A stretch of 52,020 nt of DNA, taken from Stramenopiles sp. TOSAG23-2. Taxonomy: Eukaryota. Both the position numbers and the translations under genes were made by a program. The notes under the pieces were generated by a model. It searched no databases. It was given only the letters and a program-made list of their open reading frames with translations, and was not told the origin of the DNA. Numbering within the stretch: position 1 is the stretch's first letter; every line of letters starts with the position of its first letter. The DNA lies in NCBI GenBank assembly GCA_900128395.1, contig LT649265.1, positions 1 to 52,020 of the forward strand, read 5' to 3'. Of this stretch, positions 32,629 to 42,906 are shown piece after piece.

Positions 32629-34683
32629 TTATTGTTTTGCTTTTTTAAATGGCGGAGGTGCAGCAGTTGTTTTAAACAAACCAGATGGTGGTGGTGCAGA
32701 TGATGTTTTAAATAAACCTGCTGGAGGAGCTGGCGCAGATTTAAATAATCCTGCTGGAGGTGCAGGTGCCGCTTTAAATGGTGCAGGTGCCGCTTTAAAT
32801 GGTGCAGGTGCTGCTTTAAATGGTGCAGGTGCTGCTTTAAATGGTGCAGGAGCCGATTTAAATAATCCTTGAGGTGGTTGTGGTGCATTGTTACTATTAT
32901 TATTCATTCCTACGGAAGGTTGTGCTGGTTGTTGATATTGATATGTTGAATTAGTTGTCGAAATATTATTGCCAGTACTACCATTTGAGCTATCTGTTGA
33001 CATAGCGCCGAAATTTCTTTTCTTTCCTAATGGTATCATATTTGCTTTCGATCCACTGTAACCAGATGGTAATATTCGGGTTGTACCATTTACACGTAAT
33101 TGTTGTTGCTGTTGTTGTTGTGGTGGTGGTTGTTGTCGTTGTTGATATTGCATTCGCTGCTGCGGCTGCTGATCAGTTGATTGTTCTACTCCAGTTTGTT
33201 GATTCACAGCTCGCATAGAAAGACTATAATCAGTTCTACCATTTTGAGGGTTTTGTTTAAGTTGTAAAACTTTCACATAGACTTTTTGATTTCGTTCCAC
33301 AGCTGCATGGACATCACTGACAAAATCATTTGATATCTGCGCTTTTTGGACCAATCCAAAATGCCCTGCATGTGCTCCATCTAATTGCACGAAACATCCA
33401 AAATCTTTGATATTGTTTATAAAACCATGGCATATTTCATCTTGTTCTGGTTTTTTTCCTGCAGGCATTCCTTGATTTGGTTGTTGTTGCTGCATTTGCG
33501 GCTGCTGCTGATTTTCAGTTGATTGTTCTACTCCAGTTTGTTGATTCACAGCTCGCATAGAAAAACTATAATCAGTTCTACCATTTTGAGGATTTTGCTT
33601 AATTTCTAACACTTTGACAAACACTGGTTGATTTCGTTGCACAGCTGCATGGACATCGCGGACAAAATCATTTGATATATGCGCTTTTTGGACCAATCCA
33701 AAATGTCCTGCATGTGCTCCATCTAATTGCACGAAACATCCATAATCTTTGATGTTGTTAATAAAACCATGGCATATTTCATCTTGTTCTGGTTTTTTTC
33801 CTGTCGGTGGTTGCTTCATTCCTTGATTTTGCATATGTTGAGGTGGTCCTCGAAATTGTTGTTGCATCATTTGATGCGGTGGCATCATACCCCTAGGTGG
33901 AAACCCATTATTACCTGGAGGTGGTTGAAAATGCTGTGGTGGTCCTCGAAATTGTTGTTGCATTTGATGCGACGGCATTCCTCTAGGTGGCATTCCTCTA
34001 GGTGGCATTCCTCTAGGTGGCATTCCCATGTTTGGCAGCATTCCACGTCCATACATTTGCTGTGGATGTCTGCCTTGATGTGGAAATTGCTGATGTGGCG
34101 CTGGTTGGAAGTTGTTATTATAATTATTAGGACCTGAATTATTATTATTACTACTATTATTATTATTATTATTGCTATTATTAGAAGACAATAAATCTAC
34201 TATACTTGAAAGTTTCGCTTCTTTCTGTTGCTTTGATCTACCGCTATCGCCATTGTCATCGGATTCACCGATACCGGCAGCATCCATTGCATCTTCCATA
34301 GTCATCGGGTCGAAAAAATTCTTGTCTTTCCATCGACCAACAACTTTTTTAATAGTTTTTTTATCTTTTTTATTTGCTTTTGAGAAATGTTCCATAGTCG
34401 TCACTAAATTGGTTTGAAACCTTGAACATAATTTTCTTCCAAGTTCTTTTGATGTATTCGTAAAATTACGCAAAATGGCATCTATTGCATAACACATCGG
34501 TAAGAACTCCTCTTCATCGCAATCTTTTACAAACCTTTCCACGTAATGTACAATATGTTTATATTCTTTACTGTAAGATGAACAAATTTTTACAAAATTT
34601 TTAATAGCTGATGCGGATGGTGGATTTCTAGACGCAACTTTACCCATAGCATTATTTAATGGATCTTCACCAGACCAAGACAT
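32629..34683 (-). CDS. RNA Pol II CTD-interacting domain (CID) protein with two S1 RNA-binding domains, Gln/Pro/Asn-rich linkers and heptad-repeat tail
   Basis: CID (PPSASAIK..YKHIVHYVERFVKDC..LPMCYAIDAILR..KVVGRWKDKNFF), SCAF4/8-Nrd1-like; S1 ICHGFINNIKDYGCFVQL..GLVQKAHIS..VFVKVL..SMRAVNQQTG twice. Confidence 0.88.
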   Translation of the reverse strand: MSWSGEDPLNNAMGKVASRNPPSASAIKNFVKICSSYSKEYKHIVHYVERFVKDCDEEEFLPMCYAIDAILRNFTNTSKELGRKLCSRFQTNLVTTMEHFSKANKKDKKTIKKVVGRWKDKNFFDPMTMEDAMDAAGIGESDDNGDSGRSKQQKEAKLSSIVDLLSSNNSNNNNNNSSNNNNSGPNNYNNNFQPAPHQQFPHQGRHPQQMYGRGMLPNMGMPPRGMPPRGMPPRGMPSHQMQQQFRGPPQHFQPPPGNNGFPPRGMMPPHQMMQQQFRGPPQHMQNQGMKQPPTGKKPEQDEICHGFINNIKDYGCFVQLDGAHAGHFGLVQKAHISNDFVRDVHAAVQRNQPVFVKVLEIKQNPQNGRTDYSFSMRAVNQQTGVEQSTENQQQPQMQQQQPNQGMPAGKKPEQDEICHGFINNIKDFGCFVQLDGAHAGHFGLVQKAQISNDFVSDVHAAVERNQKVYVKVLQLKQNPQNGRTDYSLSMRAVNQQTGVEQSTDQQPQQRMQYQQRQQPPPQQQQQQQLRVNGTTRILPSGYSGSKANMIPLGKKRNFGAMSTDSSNGSTGNNISTTNSTYQYQQPAQPSVGMNNNSNNAPQPPQGLFKSAPAPFKAAPAPFKAAPAPFKAAPAPFKAAPAPPAGLFKSAPAPPAGLFKTSSAPPPSGLFKTTAAPPPFKKAKQ
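33173..33803. repeat. Intragenic direct duplication of the S1 domain (33173-33461 and 33515-33803, 342-bp period)
   Basis: Two ~289-bp copies with high nucleotide identity, in frame. Confidence 0.92.
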
Positions 34684-35051
34684 GATGTTTTTAATTGTGT
34701 ATATATATATGTATATATATATCCTGTTACTTCACTTGTGTATCCTCTTACGTAGCGTATGTATACAAATATATATAAATATATATAAACTACAATGTTT
34801 TACCACTCACAATTTTAATGTACACACTTGTCGTGTAAGATTTCAATCGATATATCTACTGTAAAATAATCTTAATCTTCATTCATTTCCTGGTCGGCGG
34901 TGATTGATGGTCGATTTTTTTGTTGCTCAGCAGGAATATGATGAATATTTTTCCTATAGTGAATAGTGTTAAGAAAGTGGTATGTATGGTATTAGTATGG
35001 TACATTTTTTACATGAGATTCTAAATCGGGACCAAAATGGGACCGAAATCA

Positions 35052-35217
35052 AGCGGACCGTAATTTTATCAAAAAATGAATTTCAAAAAAGGATTTTGTG
35101 ATTTCATTTTTTTTAAAGAAATAAGCAAAGCGATATACCATTTTACAAAATAAAATCGGATATTTGTATGTTAATAATATCCATAATCGGCATATTTTGA
35201 TAAAATTACGGTCCGCT
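35052..35217. mobile_element. MITE-like element with perfect 23-bp terminal inverted repeats
   Basis: agcggaccgtaattttatcaaaa (35052-35074) and ttttgataaaattacggtccgct (35195-35217) around an AT-rich non-coding interior. Confidence 0.7.
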
Positions 35218-35481
35218 CACTTTTTCCAGTAGCATGACATAGCATTACATCGTATTCTATAGAATAATCAGTATAATACCCTACACAGTTGCTACATATA
35301 CAGGAACCATCATTATTGAAGGCATCACAATATTTTTATGTTTTTATATTAAAATATACTTAAACAGGTGTTTATTGGGGAAGCATTAATGAAAATAAAA
35401 ATGTTGAGTTTATTTTACAATTGTACCCTAAATGCATTATAGATGGCCCCATATCAGGTGTACACATTTTATTTTGTTTTA

Positions 35482-36118
35482 TCACCGATAAAAATGAACA
35501 ACCTCACCTTTTAACCTTGATTCTTCTATTTTAAAAACCAACTCGTGGCTTTTTAAAGCATCTAATGCATCTGTATGAATTAATGTCCTGTCATTTTCTC
35601 GCACCGCACGGACAAACGTGCTCATTAAAAAATAGTCTGCATAGCCATGGCCTTTTAATCTACTATTTTTAATTTTTGGCTTATTTTGTTCACTATCCAA
35701 GACATTGTAGCATTTTCTTTTGCGTGTTAAAAAATCATATACTTCAACAACTTCCTCTGATTTACAAATTATTTCACCTTTCGATCCTCTTACTAACGTT
35801 TCTCTGACACAGCGTTTCTCAGTAGTACTAATCATGTTTAAATTTGCAGTTATACCGCCTTCAAACTCAAATAATACTTGCTGATTGTCGCATACATCGT
35901 TTTCACATTCATACACACATTTTCCGTAATCACTATGTTTTAAGGCGTTTAAAACATCTATTTCTTCAATATCAGTGGGTGATTTATCAATAATTAGGGC
36001 AGTTGGATTCCAATTTGTCGGGGCCCAATTCTTTTTCAACGGATAGTGCATATAAAGCATATTTTAACCCACGTTGGCCACACCCAACAATTGCAGCTTT
36101 TGAAGGGGCAGAAGTCAT
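35482..36118 (-). pseudogene. Internally deleted, frameshifted Gfo/Idh/MocA-family oxidoreductase
   Basis: ATG at 36118 gives MTSAPSKAAIVGCGQRG (Rossmann start), stopping at 35987; a different frame carries the C-terminal YGKCVYECENDVCDNQQV..GHGYADY..DALKSH; the middle of the enzyme is missing. Confidence 0.8.
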
Positions 36119-36312
36119 GATATCCCAGATGCAGAGCGGGAGAGAGGGACCGAATGATTAGGGTGCGATTTCTCAAACGATTACATTACTATATACGGGT
36201 GTGTTTTTGTAATGTTGCTAATGACGGTTACGGTCTTCGCACGAGATGTGCACATGTGTAAGAAAAATATATATTTTTCTTCTATTTTCATGATGATAAT
36301 TTAGAGGGCACC

Positions 36313-36451
36313 TTTCGTTCATACTTTTTTTAAAATATATTAACTATAAATAGTTGTATACTAAGATACTAAGATTCCTATTTTATTTGATTGTAGTATT
36401 AGTATACAAATATATATACTTAATATATTTTTTAAAAAAGTATGAACGAAA
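36313..36451. mobile_element. Foldback / MITE-like long imperfect inverted repeat
   Basis: Perfect 18-bp ends tttcgttcatactttttt / aaaaaagtatgaacgaaa, extending imperfectly to about 58 bp per arm. Confidence 0.65.
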
Positions 36452-36664
36452 TTTTTCCTTGTAGTACGAATGGCTACCTGTGTGTATGCTGATTAATTCA
36501 GGCGCTCCAGCGGCTCCAGCGCCTATCAAATTTAATAATATTGTACTTTAAATGGATTTTAGAATAATGATTGCCAGGATTGCAGTCCCGCATATATATG
36601 AAAAAGCGGAAAATTAATTTTTTAAAATTTATTGAATTTAGAAATTGATATTTTGTATTACAAC

Positions 36665-36698
<34 letters not shown>

Positions 36699-36796
36699 TT
36701 GGTACGTGCAATATATATATATATATTATTAATATTATTATTATTATTATTATTATTATTTCAAATATAGAAAACAATCAAATAAGAAAAAAAAAT

Positions 36797-38155
36797 ATGA
36801 AAACAACGAATGTTGATGCAATCGCAGCAACGTCCCCACGGAAACGAATTGGATTGACGTCACCATCTGGTGTAGATGTACGCCATGGACTTTTCAAAAA
36901 TGATTTGCAAATACGTTCAATAAATATTTCAAATAAAAGTAGTGATGATAAAGAAGATAGAACAAAAAATAATAACGATCAATCATTGTTAATCTTAATG
37001 CCTGTTGATAGTGAGGAGGTATCAAGTGATAAAATATGTAACAAATGGTATGCTTCTGATGAAGTTGAAATATTTTTAAATCAAGTAACTTTTTTAATGA
37101 AAAATAATTGTAGGTTTTGGATCGACATTGATTTTTCATGCTTATCTGAAAATAATTTTGAAAAATTATGTAATATTTTGAATTTACATGAAACGACCAT
37201 GAGAGATTGTTTAATTGAAGATAAAACCGTTACTGATACGAAAATAGTACAATTAGATACTTATTTATTTTGTATTGTTGATACATTGCAAAATGTAGGT
37301 AATCATAACAATAATAACAACAACAACAAGAAACAACAGAAAAATAATAATAATAATAAAAAATATAAAGAATGGGAAACGAAAAATATGAATGTAATTT
37401 TATACAACAAAAATGAAGAAAATAATAAATTAAATGTTGGTGGTGTTGTTACGATGCATAATGGGCCAATTGATGGTCCAGATGAATTATATTCCCGCAT
37501 AGTAAATGGGCATAAAGGTAATATACCATCTAGTGAATGGGTTGTATGGGCAGTTTTTGATGTATTGACTGAAAGTTTAATTCCACGTATAGATTTAACT
37601 GATACTGCTGTTTTTGAAATTGAAAAAGTTAGCGTGCCAACAGATTTAAATGATCAAAGTGTAGATCAAAGCACTATCTTGCATCAAATTAAAATATCTA
37701 GAAGGCGATTAGGACAATTGAAACGTTCGCTTTCAAGTAAATTAGAATTGTTATATAATTTAACAACGACGTATAAGGATGTGCATACAAAATCTATGAT
37801 TGTCCATTTAAAAGCATTGGAAGCAGAAGTGAAATGGAAAACAGAACGAGTTATATCTGCACAAGAAAATTTACAATCAGCATATCAAAATTATTTAGCT
37901 TTTGTTAGTTTACAGGCAACGGCAGCTAGTAATTCCGCAAATGCAGTCTTGAAAAAAATTACTGTATTGTTAGCATTAACTACACCATTGAATTTAATTG
38001 CATCTATCTTTGGTATGAATGTCTATCCATTAAATCAAGTTAGTTTTGCACCAACATCTGATGATAATTATTCATTATTTATTGTATTATTATTTGTCAT
38101 GCTATTAAGTAGTTTAATCTTGCTTTTTGTTGCAAAAGGGAATAAATGGTTGTGA
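36797..38155 (+). CDS. CorA/ALR-family Mg2+ transporter
   Basis: FWIDI, LNLHETTMRDCL, two C-terminal TMs with IASIFGMNV (GMN signature); first ATG at 36797. Confidence 0.88.
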   Translation: MKTTNVDAIAATSPRKRIGLTSPSGVDVRHGLFKNDLQIRSINISNKSSDDKEDRTKNNNDQSLLILMPVDSEEVSSDKICNKWYASDEVEIFLNQVTFLMKNNCRFWIDIDFSCLSENNFEKLCNILNLHETTMRDCLIEDKTVTDTKIVQLDTYLFCIVDTLQNVGNHNNNNNNNKKQQKNNNNNKKYKEWETKNMNVILYNKNEENNKLNVGGVVTMHNGPIDGPDELYSRIVNGHKGNIPSSEWVVWAVFDVLTESLIPRIDLTDTAVFEIEKVSVPTDLNDQSVDQSTILHQIKISRRRLGQLKRSLSSKLELLYNLTTTYKDVHTKSMIVHLKALEAEVKWKTERVISAQENLQSAYQNYLAFVSLQATAASNSANAVLKKITVLLALTTPLNLIASIFGMNVYPLNQVSFAPTSDDNYSLFIVLLFVMLLSSLILLFVAKGNKWL

Positions 38156-38492
38156 TTGTGGATATTGGTGTTTATATGAAATATATATATATATGTGTGT
38201 GGAGAAAGATGCACATATATATGTATATTTTATTATTAAAAGTCAGAGGCGTGTTTAAATGTATTATGTACGGACGACGTATTATGATTTTTCGTATAAA
38301 ATATGCATCATTTTAAAATTTATATAAATATTCATGTATGCCACATATATATTCGTTTTTTAAAATAATACGATAAGTTCGTATTTACTTAAAAATAAAA
38401 ATAAAAAAAAAATATTTTTAATAAATAATTAGAGAGAATTATTTTTATTCGGGTATAAAAATAGACTAAATACGTTCGTATATATATATTTT

Positions 38493-38494
<2 letters not shown>

Positions 38495-38533
<39 letters not shown>
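38495..38533. repeat. (CA)n microsatellite
   Basis: About 19 CA units directly 3' of the RING gene stop. Confidence 0.95.
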
Positions 38534-38535
<2 letters not shown>

Positions 38536-39792
38536 CTATCGTGGCACCCTACTATTACTAGCAAACCATTGTGGAGGTTGTGAATTAGATTTAGAAAGTC
38601 TGGATCCATTTGCTAATACAGCTTCTGCACGATCACTAACATCAGATTCTAATAATTGTTTTAATCTTTCAGCAGATGGTGGTGGGACGACGACTCTTAA
38701 TGGTGATGGTGCTATATTGTTGTTATTGACGGTAGCTAATGATGCAGTAGCACTTCTATTTTTACGAATGGTTAGGATGCGTTTATACTCTTTTGTTAAT
38801 TTTTCCCTTTCGTTTCTTTTAGTAAACATATGTTCCATTGCATCTTTCAATGCAGCTTCTCTTGCTCCTATTAAATCTTTATCTTTTGTAATTTTATCTA
38901 ATTGTGTTTTTAAATGATCATTCGTCATCTTTAAACGTGCATATGCTTGGTCCATTACTTTAATTGTTTTATTTATTTCTGTATTTTTTTTCTTCAACAA
39001 TGTACTATTTTTTTTTAACATTAATGTTTCTCGTGATTTCATTACTAAATCAGAATTAATCATTTCCATCATTTTTTTCATATTTATATTTTCTTCCGCC
39101 ATTTCTTCACAATTATTTTTTTCTTGTAAATATTGTTTATGTATTACATCATATCTATCTTCTGCATTCCGTTCTGAATTTGCTAATTGTTCACGTAACC
39201 ATTTTTCACGATCAGAACATTCACTAACATCTTTTAATCTTTCACGTGCAACATTTAATGCTCTTTTTATTTCATCCATTTTTTGCATTTGTTTCGTTTC
39301 ATTACGTGAAACATTCATTAATTTTTGTTGCATTTGACTACAACGACTGCGTTCAACTTGTAATTGCAATTTTAAATTGGATTCACTATTATTTTTATTA
39401 CCTGAAGCTTCTGTTTGTGTCCCATACTCTGCATATGTTTTTTGACTTGCAATTGTATTGCTATTTCCGATACGTGGTGTTGGAAAATATGAACCATCAT
39501 TTTCTTCTATTGCATAATATAATTTAATAATATCATTATTGCTTGTTACAGCTTTTTTACATGTTGGACATTTTGGAGATTGTTTAGACGAACGAAACCA
39601 TGCTAAGACACAAGGATGGTGGAATACATGGCCACAACTAAGTGCACATAAATTATTCGTAGTTTGTGATAAGCAAATTGCACACGCCGGTGCTATTAAT
39701 TCACCATTTCCTCTTGCTGTCATCCTATCATCAATATTATTATTCACATTTTCTATTGGTTTTAATGATTTTAATCGTGGCACTGGATTCAT
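38536..39792 (-). CDS. RING-H2 plus coiled-coil E3 ligase, TRAIP-like
   Basis: CAIC..ALSCGHVFHHPCVLAWF..CPTCK..IIKLYY followed by a long coiled coil. Confidence 0.8.
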   Translation of the reverse strand: MNPVPRLKSLKPIENVNNNIDDRMTARGNGELIAPACAICLSQTTNNLCALSCGHVFHHPCVLAWFRSSKQSPKCPTCKKAVTSNNDIIKLYYAIEENDGSYFPTPRIGNSNTIASQKTYAEYGTQTEASGNKNNSESNLKLQLQVERSRCSQMQQKLMNVSRNETKQMQKMDEIKRALNVARERLKDVSECSDREKWLREQLANSERNAEDRYDVIHKQYLQEKNNCEEMAEENINMKKMMEMINSDLVMKSRETLMLKKNSTLLKKKNTEINKTIKVMDQAYARLKMTNDHLKTQLDKITKDKDLIGAREAALKDAMEHMFTKRNEREKLTKEYKRILTIRKNRSATASLATVNNNNIAPSPLRVVVPPPSAERLKQLLESDVSDRAEAVLANGSRLSKSNSQPPQWFASNSRVPR

Positions 39793-40562
39793 TACGTATT
39801 TATTTTTCGTTTTATCTCTATTCTAATATTTTATATCTCTGTATTACTATTTTCTATTTCATTTTAAATTAAAATATTTTGTCTATACATCTTCTGTACT
39901 TTAACCTGTACACACAATATTTTGTATCAAATAAAAAATAAAAATAAATGTTTTTTTTTCAATAATTTTTTCTAACGTCTAGTTTCTAGTTGTCAGTGTC
40001 AAGCCCAGCCCTTTACTTGACATAGGGAAACTAGAATACGGAACGAGAATATCATGTGAATTAAGGTGAAAAATCGTGAAATTTTCATCAATCAAAAACA
40101 AAAAAGCGTTCTGATAATAAGTGAAAAAATAGATACGGGAAGTAGGATACTTCATACGGATTGAAGAAGGAGGGGAAGTGGAAGGCGAGAGTGATGTGGA
40201 GCTTGTTGAGGAAAATATTTGATTTGTTGTGGACGGAACATGTAATATAGATATTTTAATAGAGATATATATAAATGTTTGTATATCGGATCTGTGTTCG
40301 CGTGAATTTTTTTATATGAAGCGTCTCGTGTATTTAATATATATTTAAATTCTGCTGCTGGGTATTTTTCTGTAATTGTTATTTTTTTAAAAAAAATCGT
40401 GTTTCATGCGGTTAAGACCACATGACACTATATCACTCCCATTTTCTCACTCTCTCATCGCCACCCTCCTATGGCTTTGTACATATATTATAATACAATT
40501 TGATATATGTACCATTTATATTTTTTTCTTCCCAATATCATCAATCAGAGAAAAAGATTCTC

Positions 40563-41663
40563 TCATGCACAAATTGCATCTGGTATTTGATCATATGGTG
40601 TTGTATATCTACAATATAATTGAATTCGTTTATTTGTCATGTTGTTTTTGAAATTAGTTCTTTGATGGTACTTTAGTAAATTTACAATTATTTGTACTGC
40701 GTTATTATCCATTTGTGGTCCATAATGTACACGGTGTATTGCTGGACTAGTAGCAAACACTTTTATAGGTTCATCTTTATTCGTTTTTCTACGACGACTA
40801 GAGCAATTATTCCATACATATTGACCAACAGCAGCATATTGGCTTCTAGTTATACCATTTCTACAACTTTTATTTATTTCCTCCGCAACATTTATTTTAC
40901 ATAATGGGCATGTATTTGTTTGTATAAATGGATATCCATCGGAACCAAGCAACCATTTATCGGCACATCCTTTGTGGAAGACATGGCCACATGGCAATAA
41001 ACGTAAACTTTCATCTTCCTCAAATTCACATTTGCAAATTGCACATGTCGTTTGTCCATGATGTACACTTTCACACATTAAGATTCCTAATATTCCAGTT
41101 GGTCGAGCAGTTGTAAAACTAATTAATGGTAATTCTTTAAGCAACCGTTGTGATAAATGCCTTTTCCTCCAAACTTCACCAAGCATACCAATCCTAGTAA
41201 CCGCTGCATGTGCAGGTGTTTCACGTAATAATTCAAATAAACCTTTGTTACCATTTGTATGGCTGTGGCTACTGCTACTGGTACCGCCACAACAACCGTG
41301 ACTACTGCAACAGCTACTAGTAGTAGTAGTAGTAGTATTATCACCACCACAACTACCAAAACAAGTTGTAGAGTTAGACCCTTGTGAAGAATGTTGTGAC
41401 GACGGTTTAACATTATTATCATTATCTATAGATGGTGCATGTCTTAAATAACCTAAATATGGATTCTCTTTTGCTGTTTCCATTGGCAATAAACTTTTTC
41501 TTTCACTCAAGCTTTTGGATGTTGGTGACGGTATCATAGTAAATTCTTCATCATGTTGTTTGTATGAACCAAATGTACCTACGTGTGGATTATTTGTAAA
41601 ACGTTGACTAAGTTTTTTACGTTGTGTTTTTTGTTGATTTAAATTAGTATCATCACGCCTCAT
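40563..41663 (-). CDS. RING-H2 E3 ubiquitin ligase (ATL/RNF-like)
   Basis: CAICKCEFEEDESLRLLPCGHVFHKGCADKWL..CPLCK; first ATG at 41663; Cys/Ser/Thr-rich low-complexity segment. Confidence 0.85.
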   Translation of the reverse strand: MRRDDTNLNQQKTQRKKLSQRFTNNPHVGTFGSYKQHDEEFTMIPSPTSKSLSERKSLLPMETAKENPYLGYLRHAPSIDNDNNVKPSSQHSSQGSNSTTCFGSCGGDNTTTTTTSSCCSSHGCCGGTSSSSHSHTNGNKGLFELLRETPAHAAVTRIGMLGEVWRKRHLSQRLLKELPLISFTTARPTGILGILMCESVHHGQTTCAICKCEFEEDESLRLLPCGHVFHKGCADKWLLGSDGYPFIQTNTCPLCKINVAEEINKSCRNGITRSQYAAVGQYVWNNCSSRRRKTNKDEPIKVFATSPAIHRVHYGPQMDNNAVQIIVNLLKYHQRTNFKNNMTNKRIQLYCRYTTPYDQIPDAICA

Positions 41664-42906
41664 CTTGTATATACATATATATATTACGTATAGACACGTG
41701 TTTTTCAAGAACGAGCAGAATTATTAAATGATATAACTAATCTGTTAACGCCACTGTATTCTTCTCACTATTATTTAACTTTAATTGTGTTGGTGTTGCT
41801 TCTGAATGTATTCCTCCATCATCACCTTTTGAAAATAAATTCTTATAAATTTAGTATATATAGAAGTAGTTTTTAGTTTGCAAATTTTACAAAAACCTGG
41901 AGGATTAGCATTGAAATATCATTGATCACGCGAGCGAGTTGTTTTTCAAAGAACTTGCCAATTAAAATCTTCAATTTGGCAACCGGTTCTTGCCAAACAC
42001 ACACCAGGAGCGTAGCATTACAACTTTTGTATATTTACAACTTTTCTTAAATTGCGTAGCATTGAGGATTGCAATATGGGAATAGCTAGGGAATAGCATT
42101 AAACGGCCTCTTACATATCTGTGCATATATAATCCTGGTAAAATATTCCACCAAAACAGTAGAATATGTATAGTGTAATAAATACAATATCCTATATATA
42201 TTGTGCATGCAACCTACGTATAACAGGCAATAACAGGCAAGGCCACAGCATAGATAATATAGAAAACCAAAATGCATATTTATTTTATACTTAAATATTA
42301 TTGAAATGTTAAATTTAAAACCCTATCAAGTATAGCTTTTTACATAAATTTAACATAGAATAGCATTAAATCTACTTTTGACACTATTTTGCAAAGTGAA
42401 CATCTTGCCTTAACAAGCAGGAAGGCAAGCCCAGCAAGAAAGAGAAACGATCCTATCAAAGTTATACTTGAACCGAAAATTAGAATATACGAAAGTAAAA
42501 AAAACCAAGCGACTAAAATGTTTTTAAGGTAATATAAATTTATAAAATATATAAATATCATTTGGTACTATATATTATTTAACTTAAACATATAAAATTG
42601 GGCAGCAACAACAAAAAAATAAATAGAAATTCTTCTAAAAATATAGATTGAAATTAAAGCAAACTGGTAAAAGATGACGAGACGGATATATCAAACACCA
42701 TCCTACAATCTTTTCATAATACATCCAGTATATTGCAGTTCATTACAAGAATAACATATTTATTAATAGTGTGCGAACCACGAAGCATATATATATATAT
42801 ATATACATATTGTACAATCCTCTTCCTCGTGTAGGGAAAAAAAAAACCCAAATTTTTCAACATTGAGAATAATTATAATAATTTAATGTAACGGAAAATC
42901 TAAAAA

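Noticed and set aside
32760-32865. 21-bp repeats as a CRISPR array
   Set aside because: The repeats are contiguous with no spacers, in frame within a CDS, and there are no cas genes.
40130-40222. Purine-rich frame IREVGYFIRIEEGGEVEGESDVELVEENI as a gene end
   Set aside because: Too short, with no start or upstream exon that I can support.
42086-42561. Small hydrophobic ORFs or an exon-like frame at about 42359-42528
   Set aside because: No recognisable family or coherent gene model; AT-rich DNA readily yields such frames.
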